This document shows, one piece after another, positions 1 to 9,663 of a stretch of 32,000 nucleotides of DNA. The translations under genes and the position numbers were made by a program. Within the stretch, counting starts at the first letter, position 1; each line of letters begins with the position of its first letter. The notes under the pieces are model-generated. The model worked only from the letters and a program-made list of their open reading frames with translations. It was not told the DNA's origin and did not search any database. Location of the stretch: contig NZ_CP179200.1 in NCBI RefSeq assembly GCF_051201565.1, positions 300,001 through 332,000 of the forward strand. Direction: 5' to 3'. Source of the stretch: Pseudothioglobus sp. nBUS_23. GTDB lineage: Bacteria; Pseudomonadota; Gammaproteobacteria; PS1; Pseudothioglobaceae.

Positions 1-1252
1 CTTCATTTTCTTTCTGATAGCTAAGAACTAGATCTGAAAAAATTGAAAGATCTTGGTTTTCAAGAGTTTGTGTAATCCTTTGTTTAAAGTTTACAATCCT
101 TTGCTCATTGATTATTTTTGCAGATGGAAGCATCATTGGCTCAATCGGCTGTCGAGTAATCCTTTCAATCGTTTTCAGCATTCTTCTTTCACGAGGTGCA
201 ACAAATAATATTGCTTTTCCATCTCTTCCAGCACGGCCAGTTCTTCCAATTCTATGGACGTAGGACTCTGGATCTTGTGGTATGTCATAATTAATAACAT
301 GAGAGATTCGATCCACATCAAGACCTCTTGCTGCGACATCAGTCGCAATAAGAATATCAATTTTTCCTTTTTTTAGGTGCTGAATTATTCGCTCTCTGTG
401 ATTTTGTGCAATATCACCATTTATTGCTTCTGCCGTAAAGCCTCTGGCTGAGAGCTTTTCTGCAAGATCTATTGTTACAGTTTTAGTTCTGACAAAAATT
501 AGAAGTGCATCAAAGGCCTCAACTTCTAAAATACGAGTCAAGGCGTCCAGTTTATGAACACCACCAACAAGCCAATATCTTTGCGAGATTGTTTTAGCAG
601 TTGCGGTTTTTGTTTTAATTTTGACTATTTTTGGGTTGTCTAAAAATTTCTCAGCAACTCTTCTTATGACATCTGGCATAGTTGCAGAGAAGAGCGCGAT
701 TTGACGCTCTTCTGGTAGTTTTTCCATGACCCACTTAACATCATCAATAAAGCCCATTCTGAGCATTTCGTCCGCCTCATCTAAGACCAATGCCTTGAGC
801 GAATTTAATTTTAAAGTGCCCCTTTTGAGATGATCCATGACTCTGCCAGGAGTTCCAACTACTGCATGAACTCCTCTTTTTAGAGGTTTTAATTGAACAT
901 CATAGGATTGACCACCATAAATTGGAAGAACATGAAAGCCTTTCAGATGTCTTGAGTAAGTCTGGATTGCTTCGGATACTTGAATTGCAAGTTCACGTGT
1001 TGGCGCTAAGACTAATAGCTGAACTTGATTGTTTTTTAAATCAATCCTGTCTATCAAGGGAAGCGAAAATGCAGCTGTTTTTCCTGTACCTGTTTGAGCT
1101 TGACCAATGACATCATAACCCTTGAGTAGGTGAGTTATGCATTGCTCTTGGATAGCTGAGGGTGTTTCATAGCCAACGTCATCAAGTGCTTGAATTAATG
1201 CATCAGAGAGGCCAAAGCTATTAAATGTAACGCTAGATGCATGATCAGCCAT
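1..1252 (-). CDS. deaD: ATP-dependent DEAD-box RNA helicase DeaD/CsdA. N-terminal 417 codons are present; the 3' end runs off the window start.
   Basis: Manual translation from ATG at 1252 is open to position 1. It shows the Q-motif (TPSAIQ), AQTGTGKT, VLDEADEM, SAT and HRIGRTGRAG. It is absent from the ORF track only because no stop codon lies in the window. Confidence 0.9.
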   Translation of the reverse strand, partial: MADHASSVTFNSFGLSDALIQALDDVGYETPSAIQEQCITHLLKGYDVIGQAQTGTGKTAAFSLPLIDRIDLKNNQVQLLVLAPTRELAIQVSEAIQTYSRHLKGFHVLPIYGGQSYDVQLKPLKRGVHAVVGTPGRVMDHLKRGTLKLNSLKALVLDEADEMLRMGFIDDVKWVMEKLPEERQIALFSATMPDVIRRVAEKFLDNPKIVKIKTKTATAKTISQRYWLVGGVHKLDALTRILEVEAFDALLIFVRTKTVTIDLAEKLSARGFTAEAINGDIAQNHRERIIQHLKKGKIDILIATDVAARGLDVDRISHVINYDIPQDPESYVHRIGRTGRAGRDGKAILFVAPRERRMLKTIERITRQPIEPMMLPSAKIINEQRIVNFKQRITQTLENQDLSIFSDLVLSYQKENE

Positions 1253-1353
1253 AATTTGGATGGGGGTGTTAAAGAAAAGGGTGGATTATACCTTGTATTT
1301 GCTCTAAACATTGAAATGACAGAAGTCTAATGCAAATGTTTTAACGTGTTTCT

Positions 1354-1905
1354 TTATTCAAACCATTTAATTGAGCATCCCATTGAAGGGATTTGGTTAT
1401 CAGGCCCTTTGCCAGTTATGGAGATTTGTTTCATAGCTTCAAAAAGTTCACGCTTGGCGCCATCAACAGATTCTTTTCGAGATTCATCCAGCCTCCCTCT
1501 ATATTGAAGACCAAGCTTATCGTTATATCCAAAAAAATCAGGTGTGCAAACTGCTCCATATGCTCTTGCTATTTCCTGAGTTTCATCAATAAGATAAGGA
1601 AATGGAAAGTTATGATCTAGAGACAATTTTTTCATATTGTCAAATGAGTCCTCTTCATATTCATTTGGATCATTTGACATAATTCCTACACTATTAATAC
1701 CAAATTGCTTTAATTCTTCAGTATCTCTAATGATTCTGCTAATGATTGATTTGACGTAAGGACAATGATTACAAATAAACATTATTAGAAGACCATTCGA
1801 TCCTCTAAGAGAGTTTAAATCATAGTATTGCTCATCAACCCCCTTGAGCTTGAAATCAATTGCGGGAAGGTTAAATTCACAAATTGGGGTTTCAGTTCTT
1901 ACCAT
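1354..1905 (-). CDS. Thioredoxin-fold (redoxin/AhpC-TSA-like) family protein
   Basis: 183-aa ORF with an FICNHCPYV CxxC-type motif and a thioredoxin-fold length and pattern. Exact function is not assignable. Confidence 0.7.
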   Translation of the reverse strand: MVRTETPICEFNLPAIDFKLKGVDEQYYDLNSLRGSNGLLIMFICNHCPYVKSIISRIIRDTEELKQFGINSVGIMSNDPNEYEEDSFDNMKKLSLDHNFPFPYLIDETQEIARAYGAVCTPDFFGYNDKLGLQYRGRLDESRKESVDGAKRELFEAMKQISITGKGPDNQIPSMGCSIKWFE

Positions 1906-1927
1906 AGTAAACTAATTGTCATAATAG

Positions 1928-2665
1928 TCATGATTTTAGTATAGATTGAATAATATGTCCTGCCATCATTAATCCAAATATATTAGGCATATATGATATT
2001 GCGCCATTGACTGCCCTCGGTCTACCGGGCGGGGAAAATTCAGTTTCATTAACTGCTTGGTGAGGCAGAGCCTTTATTTGAACTTCAGTTGAGTGAACTA
2101 CAGGAAATTTTAATGATGCGCATTTTAATCTAAGCTGTCTTCTTAGCTCTCGTGCTAGTCCACAATATTCTGTTTTGTCCATTCTTGAGATTGTAACTTT
2201 TGTGGGATCCAGCCTACCTCCTGCACCCATACTTGAGATTATTGGCTTATTAAAACGATTACAAGCATCAATTAAATTTGTTTTACAGGCTATAGCATCA
2301 ATACAATCAGCCACAAAATTGTAATCCACTTCATTAGCTATTTCTTCAGCAATGTTGCCATCAATAAATAGATTTTTTTCATTAATCACAGTATCAGGAT
2401 TTATATCTCTGAGTCTTTTTGATAAAACCTCAACCTTTGATTGACCTAGAGTTGAATGAAGAGCAATAATCTGGCGATTGAGATCAGTCTTGTCCACCAA
2501 GTCAAAATCAATGAGGGTAAGCTCTCCTATACCAGCTCTGCAAAGGGACTCTGCACAAGCGCCGCCAACACCTCCAAGTCCGGCAATGACAACATGAGAC
2601 TCTGCTAACTGAGCTAAACCTAACTGACCAACTAGTATTTCAGTTCGAGCACAACTTCCAGCCAT
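1928..2665 (-). CDS. tcdA: tRNA threonylcarbamoyladenosine dehydratase (ThiF/MoeB-family E1-like, TcdA/CsdL)
   Basis: AGLGGVGG nucleotide-binding loop. By-eye collinear similarity to E. coli TcdA (LIDFD..NRQ, SSMGAGG). The start overlaps the tatD-like stop in a TAATG junction. Confidence 0.8.
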   Translation of the reverse strand: MAGSCARTEILVGQLGLAQLAESHVVIAGLGGVGGACAESLCRAGIGELTLIDFDLVDKTDLNRQIIALHSTLGQSKVEVLSKRLRDINPDTVINEKNLFIDGNIAEEIANEVDYNFVADCIDAIACKTNLIDACNRFNKPIISSMGAGGRLDPTKVTISRMDKTEYCGLARELRRQLRLKCASLKFPVVHSTEVQIKALPHQAVNETEFSPPGRPRAVNGAISYMPNIFGLMMAGHIIQSILKS

Positions 2666-3360
2666 TAGCTTATTTTAAAAAGATTATATGTATTCTGATC
2701 ACACTGCTCAATGACTTCATCTACAGTAATTTTTTTGATTCTAGCAACTCTCTCAGCTACCTGTACTAACTCATCAGGATTATTACTATCATCTGTTTCT
2801 ATGACTATCGATTCAATTGGCAAGAAGTTAATAATATCATGCAGTTTATATGCATGTGGATTGGTAATTGCAGCGCCAAATCCAAAAGAAAAGTTTATTT
2901 TCAATAAATTTTCAGCTTGCTGAAGACTGCCAGAATAGGCATGAATTACTCCTCTTGATTTAGAGTAGGACTTAAGTAAATCAGTAACATCCTCTGTTGC
3001 ATGAACAGAATGAATAATTAGTGGAAGATCGAATCGAGTTGCAAGTGCAACTTGTTCATCAAAAAAGAATCTTTGCGTATTTTGATCTTTGACTTTGACA
3101 TAATCTAAGCCACACTCACCAACAGCAATCGGCTTTTCTTCTTCGATTTTAACTTCAAGATCATACAGATCAATCATCTGATGATCTTTCACAAACCATG
3201 GATGGATACCCAATGCAAAATGACTATTTTTATTTGAATGACAGCAGGCAATTACACTATCCCAATTGTCTTTTCCGGTCGATGGAATTATAACTCCAGT
3301 AGTTGAACTGGATGGAGTTTTAACATTATCAAAATCTAAGTGTATATGTGAGTTAACCAT
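2665..3360 (-). CDS. TatD-family metal-dependent hydrolase
   Basis: N-terminal SHIHLDF (HxH) motif, GECGLDY, IIHS and ETD motifs typical of TatD/YjjV hydrolases. Confidence 0.8.
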   Translation of the reverse strand: MVNSHIHLDFDNVKTPSSSTTGVIIPSTGKDNWDSVIACCHSNKNSHFALGIHPWFVKDHQMIDLYDLEVKIEEEKPIAVGECGLDYVKVKDQNTQRFFFDEQVALATRFDLPLIIHSVHATEDVTDLLKSYSKSRGVIHAYSGSLQQAENLLKINFSFGFGAAITNPHAYKLHDIINFLPIESIVIETDDSNNPDELVQVAERVARIKKITVDEVIEQCDQNTYNLFKIS

Positions 3361-3414
3361 TACTTCCTTTATCTTCTAGTGGATAATATAATATTAATTT
3401 TTCATCTAAGTTAA

Positions 3415-5007
3415 ATGCAATTTTTTTCTAAGAAAATTTCGCAAGTTTACCTCGTATTGTTAGTTGGAGCGTTTCTAACCTTAACAGGTAATTTTACATT
3501 TTTCGAAAAAACAATGCAGATTTATCCGTTTGTTGAAAACTCATTATTCGTTATCTCGTTGTCTTTATTTTTATTTTCATTTCTTACATCCATCTTGTTG
3601 CTTGTTTGTTTTAGGTGGAGCATTAAACCAATTCTTATTTTTCTCTTACTGCTCTCGTCAGTATTAGCCTATAGCACCAATAATTATGGAATAGTTTTTG
3701 ACCATAACATGATTACTAATACATTTGAGACCGATGCCAGTGAACTTGGCGATCTCATGAGTATTCAATTCATCCTGTATTTATTTTTTTTGGGGCTATT
3801 ACCATCGTACTTTGTATGGAAAATTAAATTAACAAAAATTCCACTCATGCCTCAATTTTGGCAGAGATTTAAAGTATTTGTGACTTTGGTAGTTGTTTTT
3901 ATAGTTGTCGTATTGTCATTCTCGAAGCATTACTCTTCCTTTGCCAGAGAGAATAGAGATTTAAGGCTTTACATTACGCCTTCATATTTTCTATACTCAT
4001 CAATTAAGTTTGTTGACTCAAAAATCGAAACATCTGCCAAGCCTTTTGAGGTTATTGGCGAGGATGCAGTAATTAATAAGAAGTCAGATAAAAGACGCTT
4101 AGTAATTTTTGTAATTGGTGAGACTGCAAGAAGAGACCATATGTCTTTAAATGGTTATAGTTTGAAAACTAACCCTTTGCTTGAAAAAGAGGACATTATC
4201 TCCTTTAGTAACATGACCTCATGTGGAACTGACACTGCATGGTCTGTTCCGTGTATGTTTTCATTGCTTGGAAGGGATAGCTATTCCCATGCAAAGGGAA
4301 AAAATATGAGCAATGTGCTTGATCTGGTCAGCCATGCCGGTGCTAGCGTAGTTTGGCTAGAAAATAACTCGAGTTCGAAAAGTGTCGCAGATCGAATAGA
4401 GTTTTTGGACTTACGCTCTTCACAAAATAACCCTATTTGTGACCCCGAATGTAGAGATGAAGGTATGTTGGTTAATTTACAAAATTATATTGAAGAGCAG
4501 GATAAAAAAGATATTTTAATTGTTATGCATACAATGGGAAGTCATGGGCCTGCGTACTATAAAAGATATCCTAAAGAGTTTGAAGTATTCAAACCAGTAT
4601 GTAAGACTAATCAACTCAATGAATGCAGTGATAATGAGATTAGTAACGCTTATGACAATACAATTCTCTATACTGATTATTTCCTCTCAAAAGTTATAGA
4701 GCTACTCAAGGACAATTCTAAAGATTCTGATACTGCAATGCTTTATGTGAGTGATCACGGTGAGTCTCTTGGCGAAGGAGGATTATATCTTCATGGTATG
4801 CCTTACTTTATGGCACCTGATGAACAAAAAGATGTTGCTGCGTTTATGTGGCTTGATGAATCTATGTCAAAGCTTTTTGACAAAAATATTGTTATGGAAA
4901 ATTCAGTCCTACCTCAATCGCATGATAGCCTTTTTCATACAATATTGGGTTTAATGGATGTAGAGACAGAGCTGTATCAAAAAAATCTTGATTTGATGGT
5001 TAAATAG
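3415..5007 (+). CDS. eptA: Lipid A phosphoethanolamine transferase, EptA/MCR family
   Basis: 530 aa with a hydrophobic N-terminal multi-TM region. The sulfatase-fold domain carries GETARRDH, NMTSCGTDTAWSVPCMFS, HTMGSHGPAYYKRYP and SDHGESLGEGGLYLHGMP, closely paralleling EptA/MCR-1 motifs. Confidence 0.85.
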   Translation: MQFFSKKISQVYLVLLVGAFLTLTGNFTFFEKTMQIYPFVENSLFVISLSLFLFSFLTSILLLVCFRWSIKPILIFLLLLSSVLAYSTNNYGIVFDHNMITNTFETDASELGDLMSIQFILYLFFLGLLPSYFVWKIKLTKIPLMPQFWQRFKVFVTLVVVFIVVVLSFSKHYSSFARENRDLRLYITPSYFLYSSIKFVDSKIETSAKPFEVIGEDAVINKKSDKRRLVIFVIGETARRDHMSLNGYSLKTNPLLEKEDIISFSNMTSCGTDTAWSVPCMFSLLGRDSYSHAKGKNMSNVLDLVSHAGASVVWLENNSSSKSVADRIEFLDLRSSQNNPICDPECRDEGMLVNLQNYIEEQDKKDILIVMHTMGSHGPAYYKRYPKEFEVFKPVCKTNQLNECSDNEISNAYDNTILYTDYFLSKVIELLKDNSKDSDTAMLYVSDHGESLGEGGLYLHGMPYFMAPDEQKDVAAFMWLDESMSKLFDKNIVMENSVLPQSHDSLFHTILGLMDVETELYQKNLDLMVK

Positions 5008-5063
5008 ATCTTAATTTTTGCCATCAACCGCTTCTGATGTTTAGGATAATTGCCAAATGAAAA

Positions 5064-5093
5064 CTTACATTAAGAATAAAAAGTGATTATAAT
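5064..5093 (+). promoter_or_regulatory. Candidate sigma70 promoter for rplM-rpsI: -35-like CTTACA, 18-nt spacer, perfect -10 TATAAT at 5088-5093
   Basis: Hexamers read directly from the sequence, about 38 nt upstream of the rplM ATG. There is no experimental support. Confidence 0.35.
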
Positions 5094-5130
5094 AGTGCGC
5101 TTGTTCTAAACTGACGTATATAAAAGAGTT

Positions 5131-5559
5131 ATGAAAACATTTAGTGCGAAAACTCATGAGGTTAAAAGAGACTGGTTTTTAGTTGATGCAGATGGTAAGA
5201 CTTTAGGCCGTTTGGCGACTGAGGTTGCATCTCGTCTTCGTGGAAAGCATAAGCCAGAATACACGCCACATGTAGATACTGGAGATTACATTGTTATTGT
5301 GAATGCTGCAAAAGTAGCTGTTACTGGAAATAAGTACAACGACAAAATGTATCATCATCACACAGGCTATGTTGGAAACTTAAAGTCAGTTCCATTTAAA
5401 GAGCTACTAGCTAAAAAGCCAGAAGAAGTTATTCAAAAAGCAGTAAAAGGAATGCTTCCTAAAGGACCTTTGGGCAGAGAAATGGCTAGAAAAATGAAAG
5501 TTTTTGCTGGCGAAGAGCATTCACATGCTGCACAACAACCACAACTATTAGAAATTTAA
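5131..5559 (+). CDS. rplM: 50S ribosomal protein L13
   Basis: 142 aa. The N-terminus MKTFSAK..REWFLVDA-type sequence and the rplM-rpsI pairing are characteristic. Confidence 0.97.
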   Translation: MKTFSAKTHEVKRDWFLVDADGKTLGRLATEVASRLRGKHKPEYTPHVDTGDYIVIVNAAKVAVTGNKYNDKMYHHHTGYVGNLKSVPFKELLAKKPEEVIQKAVKGMLPKGPLGREMARKMKVFAGEEHSHAAQQPQLLEI

Positions 5560-5571
5560 GGCATATTGATT

Positions 5572-5967
5572 ATGGCAGATAAAGAAGTATTTTATGCAAC
5601 TGGAAGAAGAAAGACATCAGTTGCTAGAGTTTATATGACCAAGGGTAAGGGCGTTTTTACGGTAAATAAAAAACCTATGGATGAATATTTTGGAAGAGAG
5701 ACTTCTTCAATGATTATCAATCAGCCCCTAGATGTTGTTGAGATGCATAATAAATTTGATTTCAATATCATGGTTAAAGGTGGTGGTGATACTGGACAAG
5801 CTGGCGCAATTAGACTTGGTGTTACTAGAGCATTGATGGCTTATGATGAAGCCACTCGTTCGGATCTAAGAAGTGCAGGTCTTGTAACCCGTGATGCTCG
5901 TGTTGTTGAGCGCAAAAAAGTGGGCAAGAAGAAGGCCAGAAAGAGCGAGCAGTACTCAAAGCGTTAA
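5572..5967 (+). CDS. rpsI: 30S ribosomal protein S9
   Basis: [12 protein letters not shown] and C-terminal ..[13 protein letters not shown] prefer ATG at 5572 (AAGG 11 nt upstream) over the ORF-track TTG at 5566. Confidence 0.95.
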   Translation: MADKEVFYATGRRKTSVARVYMTKGKGVFTVNKKPMDEYFGRETSSMIINQPLDVVEMHNKFDFNIMVKGGGDTGQAGAIRLGVTRALMAYDEATRSDLRSAGLVTRDARVVERKKVGKKKARKSEQYSKR

Positions 5968-5993
5968 TCCGAACTTTAAGAAGTTTGAAAAAA

Positions 5994-6017
5994 ACCCGCT
6001 TAGAGCGGGTTTTTTTA
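5994..6017. terminator. Bidirectional rho-independent terminator shared by convergent rpsI and the Bax-like gene
   Basis: ACCCGCT-TAGA-(A)GCGGGT stem-loop flanked by an A-run (5988-5993) and a T-run (6011-6017). Confidence 0.7.
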
Positions 6018-6035
6018 TATCTAATAGAAAAAATT

Positions 6036-6758
6036 TCAGTTTAAATAGTCATGCCTTTCTAACTGGTTGAAGTTTATGAGTGTTTGAATTGACTCGATGT
6101 ATTCATCTCCTGGGAAAGCGTAATTACCTAGACCTTGAGCAAGTAGGGTTCCAGTAATTGGTTGTAAACTTTCACGCTGATTTTTCCTCATTAATCGGAG
6201 ATCCTCATAAGCATAGCTTCGATTTATATTAAGTACGTAATAGTCAATACAGTCTTCTAGAGAATTAAAGCTTGCTACCTCATGCGTGGCGTCCTCATCT
6301 CTATCTTTTGGAATTACTCCACAGCCTTTAGTGAAGCACCAGATTCCAAAGTAATTATTAAAATCTTTGGCAAACCTAGATCTTCCCCAGTCAGATTCAT
6401 TTGCAGCTTGTGCAAGAACGAGTGATGGTGGAAGAATATCTATGACTTTGAGTAACTGCTCTTTGGAGGGGGTTTCAACACGATATTTCTTTGCTAAGTC
6501 GTTAAGCTGATTGTCATTTAGCTCATTATTAGATATAGCGTTTCTTAAAGCTACTATTTCAGCATTCTTCTTATGAATCACAGGTAGTAAATAGTTAAAA
6601 AAAACTTCCTTTCTCACAACAGTACTTTCTATAGAATCAAAACTTGGCTTAAACGAAGAGAGAGATGCTGAAGAAACAAGAGAGCTGATTGTAAACAGCG
6701 CAAATAAGAGGAAAAGAGTTTTTAAATTTTTAAGGGTATTTCTATAATTATTGACCAT
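6036..6758 (-). CDS. Bax-like glucosaminidase-domain protein (FlgJ-type N-acetylglucosaminidase domain), secreted
   Basis: Signal-peptide-like N-terminus. LAQAANESDWGRSRFAKDFNNYFGIWCFTKGCG matches the Bax/glucosaminidase domain pattern. Confidence 0.75.
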   Translation of the reverse strand: MVNNYRNTLKNLKTLFLLFALFTISSLVSSASLSSFKPSFDSIESTVVRKEVFFNYLLPVIHKKNAEIVALRNAISNNELNDNQLNDLAKKYRVETPSKEQLLKVIDILPPSLVLAQAANESDWGRSRFAKDFNNYFGIWCFTKGCGVIPKDRDEDATHEVASFNSLEDCIDYYVLNINRSYAYEDLRLMRKNQRESLQPITGTLLAQGLGNYAFPGDEYIESIQTLINFNQLERHDYLN

Positions 6759-6882
6759 TTGATAATCAATTCAGTATTGAAATTTGGAGGTTATTATCCA
6801 CAAAAAAATAATCTTATTTACCTTATTTTTAAATTAAATTCTCAAGTTCAATTATATTTCAAATATGCAAGGTGCGGAACTC

Positions 6883-8652
6883 TTAGTGATTAAATTGAAG
6901 TTCACAGAGTCTCTTATAAAGTTCAGATTCTGATAGTAATTTTTGATGAGTTCCCTCTGCCACAAGGCGGCCGTTATCAATCAATAGAATACGATCGGCA
7001 TACATAATGGTGGCAAGTCTGTGAGCAATAATGAGTGTTGTCCTTCCCTGCATTAATCTTTTCAAAGCCTCTTGAACCTTTTGTTCACTGTTTGCATCTA
7101 ATGCACTCGTTGCCTCATCTAAAAGAAGTATTGAAGGGTCTTTAAGAATGGCACGAGCGATTGCTATGCGTTGACGCTGTCCACCAGACAATCTTACCCC
7201 TTGTTCCCCCAAGTAACTATCAAAACCCTCTGGAAGTTTCTCAATGAAATTTAAAGCAAACGCTTCCTTAGCAGCAGCCTTAATCTGCTGAATGCTTGCA
7301 ATAGGGTTGCCATAGCTAATGTTGTGAGATACATCTGCAGAGAACAGAGTCGGTTGTTGAGGTACGACACCAATATTTGCCCTAAGTTTTACCGGATTAA
7401 GACTGATTATATTGACTTCACCGACTTCAATACTTCCGTTGGATGGGTCATAAAATCTTTGAATTAACTCAAATATTGTTGTTTTGCCAGAGCCAGATAA
7501 CCCAACGATAGCTATAGTTTCCCCTTTATCAACCTTGAAACTTATTTCCTCAAGTGCTTTTTCATCAGGCCTTGATGGATAACTAAAGCTAACATTGTTA
7601 AAGTTTAATGAGAGGGTTCCATCTGGCAAGTCTTTAGCTTGAGAGGGGGGTTGAATTTGTGATTCTTCAGAGAGTAATTCAAGTAGCCTTTCTGTAGCGC
7701 CTGCAACCCTTTGAAGTTGTCCATAGATTTCAGAGATAACTGCTACTGATCTTGCCACCATAATTGCGTAAAAAACAAAGGAGGCTAGCTCACCTGCCGA
7801 TATATCTCCATTTGTGACATCTTGTGCGCCAAACCAAATCATCGCCCCCAGTCCTGTAAAAACCAGAATCATAGCTGCGGCTATGAGCAAAGAGCTCTGC
7901 ATAATTCTTCTCTTTGCTGCGCTGAAAGCTTTTTCAACTTCATTTTTGAATGCTCTAGACTCTTCTGGCTCACGAGTGAAGCTTTGTACTACTTTAATAT
8001 TTTGTACAATCTCACCTGCGTAGGTTCCGATATCTGCAACGGTATCTTGACTCTTGCGCGATAGAGCTCTCAAACGACGACCATAGATGGCCATTGGAAG
8101 AAGAATGATTGGGACAGCGACTAGGACAATTAAGGCAAGTTTGATATTAGTGATGAGCATCATCACTAATCCGCCAAGGAATAAAAGCGCACTACTTAAA
8201 GCCATCGAGATTGAAAATCCGAAAATGGACTGAAGTAATGTAGTATCTGTAGTCAAGCGTGCATTTATTTCTCCACTACGATTCATCTCGAAGTAATGTG
8301 GATGAAGTTTCAAAAGGTGATTGAATACTGCTAAACGAACATCATTACTGACCCTCTCACCAATCCATGAAACAAAATAGAACCTAAAAAAGGTACCAAT
8401 TACCAAAGTGATTAAAACAACAGCAATGATAATCAACTGATGATGTTGAAGGGTATAAATTCCTTCATCAATGAATAATTTAATGCCTTGACCAAAAAGC
8501 AGGAAAGATAGAGAGGTCACAATAAGTGCCATCAAAGCAATGGTTGCAATTTTTTTGTATGGTTTGATGAATGGTGATAATTTAAGAAGAATTCTTAAAT
8601 CTTGTTTTTGAATTTTTTCAGCAGTGCTGACTTGTTTATTATTTAAGCTCAT
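6883..8652 (-). CDS. ABC exporter, fused transmembrane and ATP-binding domains (ABCB/MsbA-like half-transporter)
   Basis: 589 aa with a six-TM N-terminal half. Walker A GLSGSGKTT, signature LSGGQRQR, Walker B ILLLDEATSALD. Substrate unknown. Confidence 0.85.
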   Translation of the reverse strand: MSLNNKQVSTAEKIQKQDLRILLKLSPFIKPYKKIATIALMALIVTSLSFLLFGQGIKLFIDEGIYTLQHHQLIIIAVVLITLVIGTFFRFYFVSWIGERVSNDVRLAVFNHLLKLHPHYFEMNRSGEINARLTTDTTLLQSIFGFSISMALSSALLFLGGLVMMLITNIKLALIVLVAVPIILLPMAIYGRRLRALSRKSQDTVADIGTYAGEIVQNIKVVQSFTREPEESRAFKNEVEKAFSAAKRRIMQSSLLIAAAMILVFTGLGAMIWFGAQDVTNGDISAGELASFVFYAIMVARSVAVISEIYGQLQRVAGATERLLELLSEESQIQPPSQAKDLPDGTLSLNFNNVSFSYPSRPDEKALEEISFKVDKGETIAIVGLSGSGKTTIFELIQRFYDPSNGSIEVGEVNIISLNPVKLRANIGVVPQQPTLFSADVSHNISYGNPIASIQQIKAAAKEAFALNFIEKLPEGFDSYLGEQGVRLSGGQRQRIAIARAILKDPSILLLDEATSALDANSEQKVQEALKRLMQGRTTLIIAHRLATIMYADRILLIDNGRLVAEGTHQKLLSESELYKRLCELQFNH

Positions 8653-8683
8653 ATTGATGAGTGAGGAACATCTCTAAAATTAT

Positions 8684-9658
8684 TTACTCATCACTCGGCT
8701 TTCTTAACAGAAGTTCGGTAACAGCATCTTTAGGAGAAATTTTACCTTGAGTAACTTGAAATACATGTTCACATATTGGCATTTCAACTTGGTGTTTTTG
8801 TGCCAAATTTAGTACTAGCTCTAGTGCTTTATAGCCCTCAACAGTTGCATTAATATTCTTCAAAGCTCTATCTGATGCTATATTTTTAGCCAGCTCCTTT
8901 CCAAATCGCCTATTTCTCGACAAGTCATCAGAGCAGGTGAGAACTAGATCACCAATTCCAGAAAGCCCCTGAAATGTTAACTTATCTGCCCCTAATGCAA
9001 CTCCTAATCTAGTCATTTCAGCTAGACCTCTGGTAATTAATGCGGCCTGAGTGTTTGCACCAAAACCAAGTCCACTTGCAATTCCTGCGGCTATTGCAAG
9101 AACATTTTTAACTGCTCCGCCAACCTGCACACCTACAATATCTGAATTTGTGTAAGCACGTAGAGTTTTAGTCTGAATGATGTTGGACCAAAACTCTCGT
9201 GTCTTCTGATCCTTTGATGCAACAACAATAGCAGCTGGCTTTTGTTCAACAATTTCAGCTGCAAAAGTGGGGCCAGATATAACACAAGGATAGTGACTAT
9301 TAATTTGATTACTAAAAGTTTCATGAAGGAGGTTTCCGCTTACTGGATCAAAGCCTTTTGATACCCAAGCTAGTGGAGTCTGACCAATATCATCTTTAAT
9401 GGCATCAAGCACATAAGAAAAGGAAGAGCTGGGGGTAGCAATAAGAACAGCCATCGATTTCGGTATAACCGTATAGCTAGAGTCAAGCTTAATATTTCTA
9501 TTGAAGGGTTTTGTGAGAGCTGGATGCTGATTACCAATGGTCTCAGTTTTCTCTTTATTTTTCGTAATCAGATAAATGGTATCAAATTTATCACTGAGGG
9601 CAATTGCAAGTGCGCTTCCCCATGCGCCTGCTCCAATAATAGTAAGGGAATTGTTCAT
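8684..9658 (-). CDS. gpsA: NAD(P)H-dependent glycerol-3-phosphate dehydrogenase
   Basis: IGAGAWGSALA Rossmann motif, GPTFAAE, KNVLAIAAG and LSRNRRFG motifs typical of GpsA. Confidence 0.93.
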   Translation of the reverse strand: MNNSLTIIGAGAWGSALAIALSDKFDTIYLITKNKEKTETIGNQHPALTKPFNRNIKLDSSYTVIPKSMAVLIATPSSSFSYVLDAIKDDIGQTPLAWVSKGFDPVSGNLLHETFSNQINSHYPCVISGPTFAAEIVEQKPAAIVVASKDQKTREFWSNIIQTKTLRAYTNSDIVGVQVGGAVKNVLAIAAGIASGLGFGANTQAALITRGLAEMTRLGVALGADKLTFQGLSGIGDLVLTCSDDLSRNRRFGKELAKNIASDRALKNINATVEGYKALELVLNLAQKHQVEMPICEHVFQVTQGKISPKDAVTELLLRKPSDE

Positions 9659-9663
9659 TTTTC

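Noticed and set aside
175-1110. ORFs 175..360 (-) and 922..1110 (+).
   Set aside because: Both lie within the DeaD coding region, which is open in another frame from 1252 to the window edge and carries all DEAD-box motifs.
1271-1284. Shared AAAAGGGTGG string at 1271-1284 and at the terminator at 20581-20591, considered as a possible dispersed repeat (REP-like).
   Set aside because: Only about 10 nt are shared. The first copy lacks the inverted partner, and there are no further copies in the window.
3415-5007. Possibility that the EptA/MCR-like gene is a mobilised mcr cassette.
   Set aside because: There is no IS element, inverted repeat, plasmid gene or pap2/dgkA partner. Its sequence composition does not look visibly different from neighbouring genes.
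5566-5571. TTG-initiated N-terminal extensions in the ORF track: rpsI at 5566 and fabG at 29031.
   Set aside because: Downstream ATG codons (5572 and 29046) give canonical protein N-termini and sensible spacing or overlap with the upstream gene.
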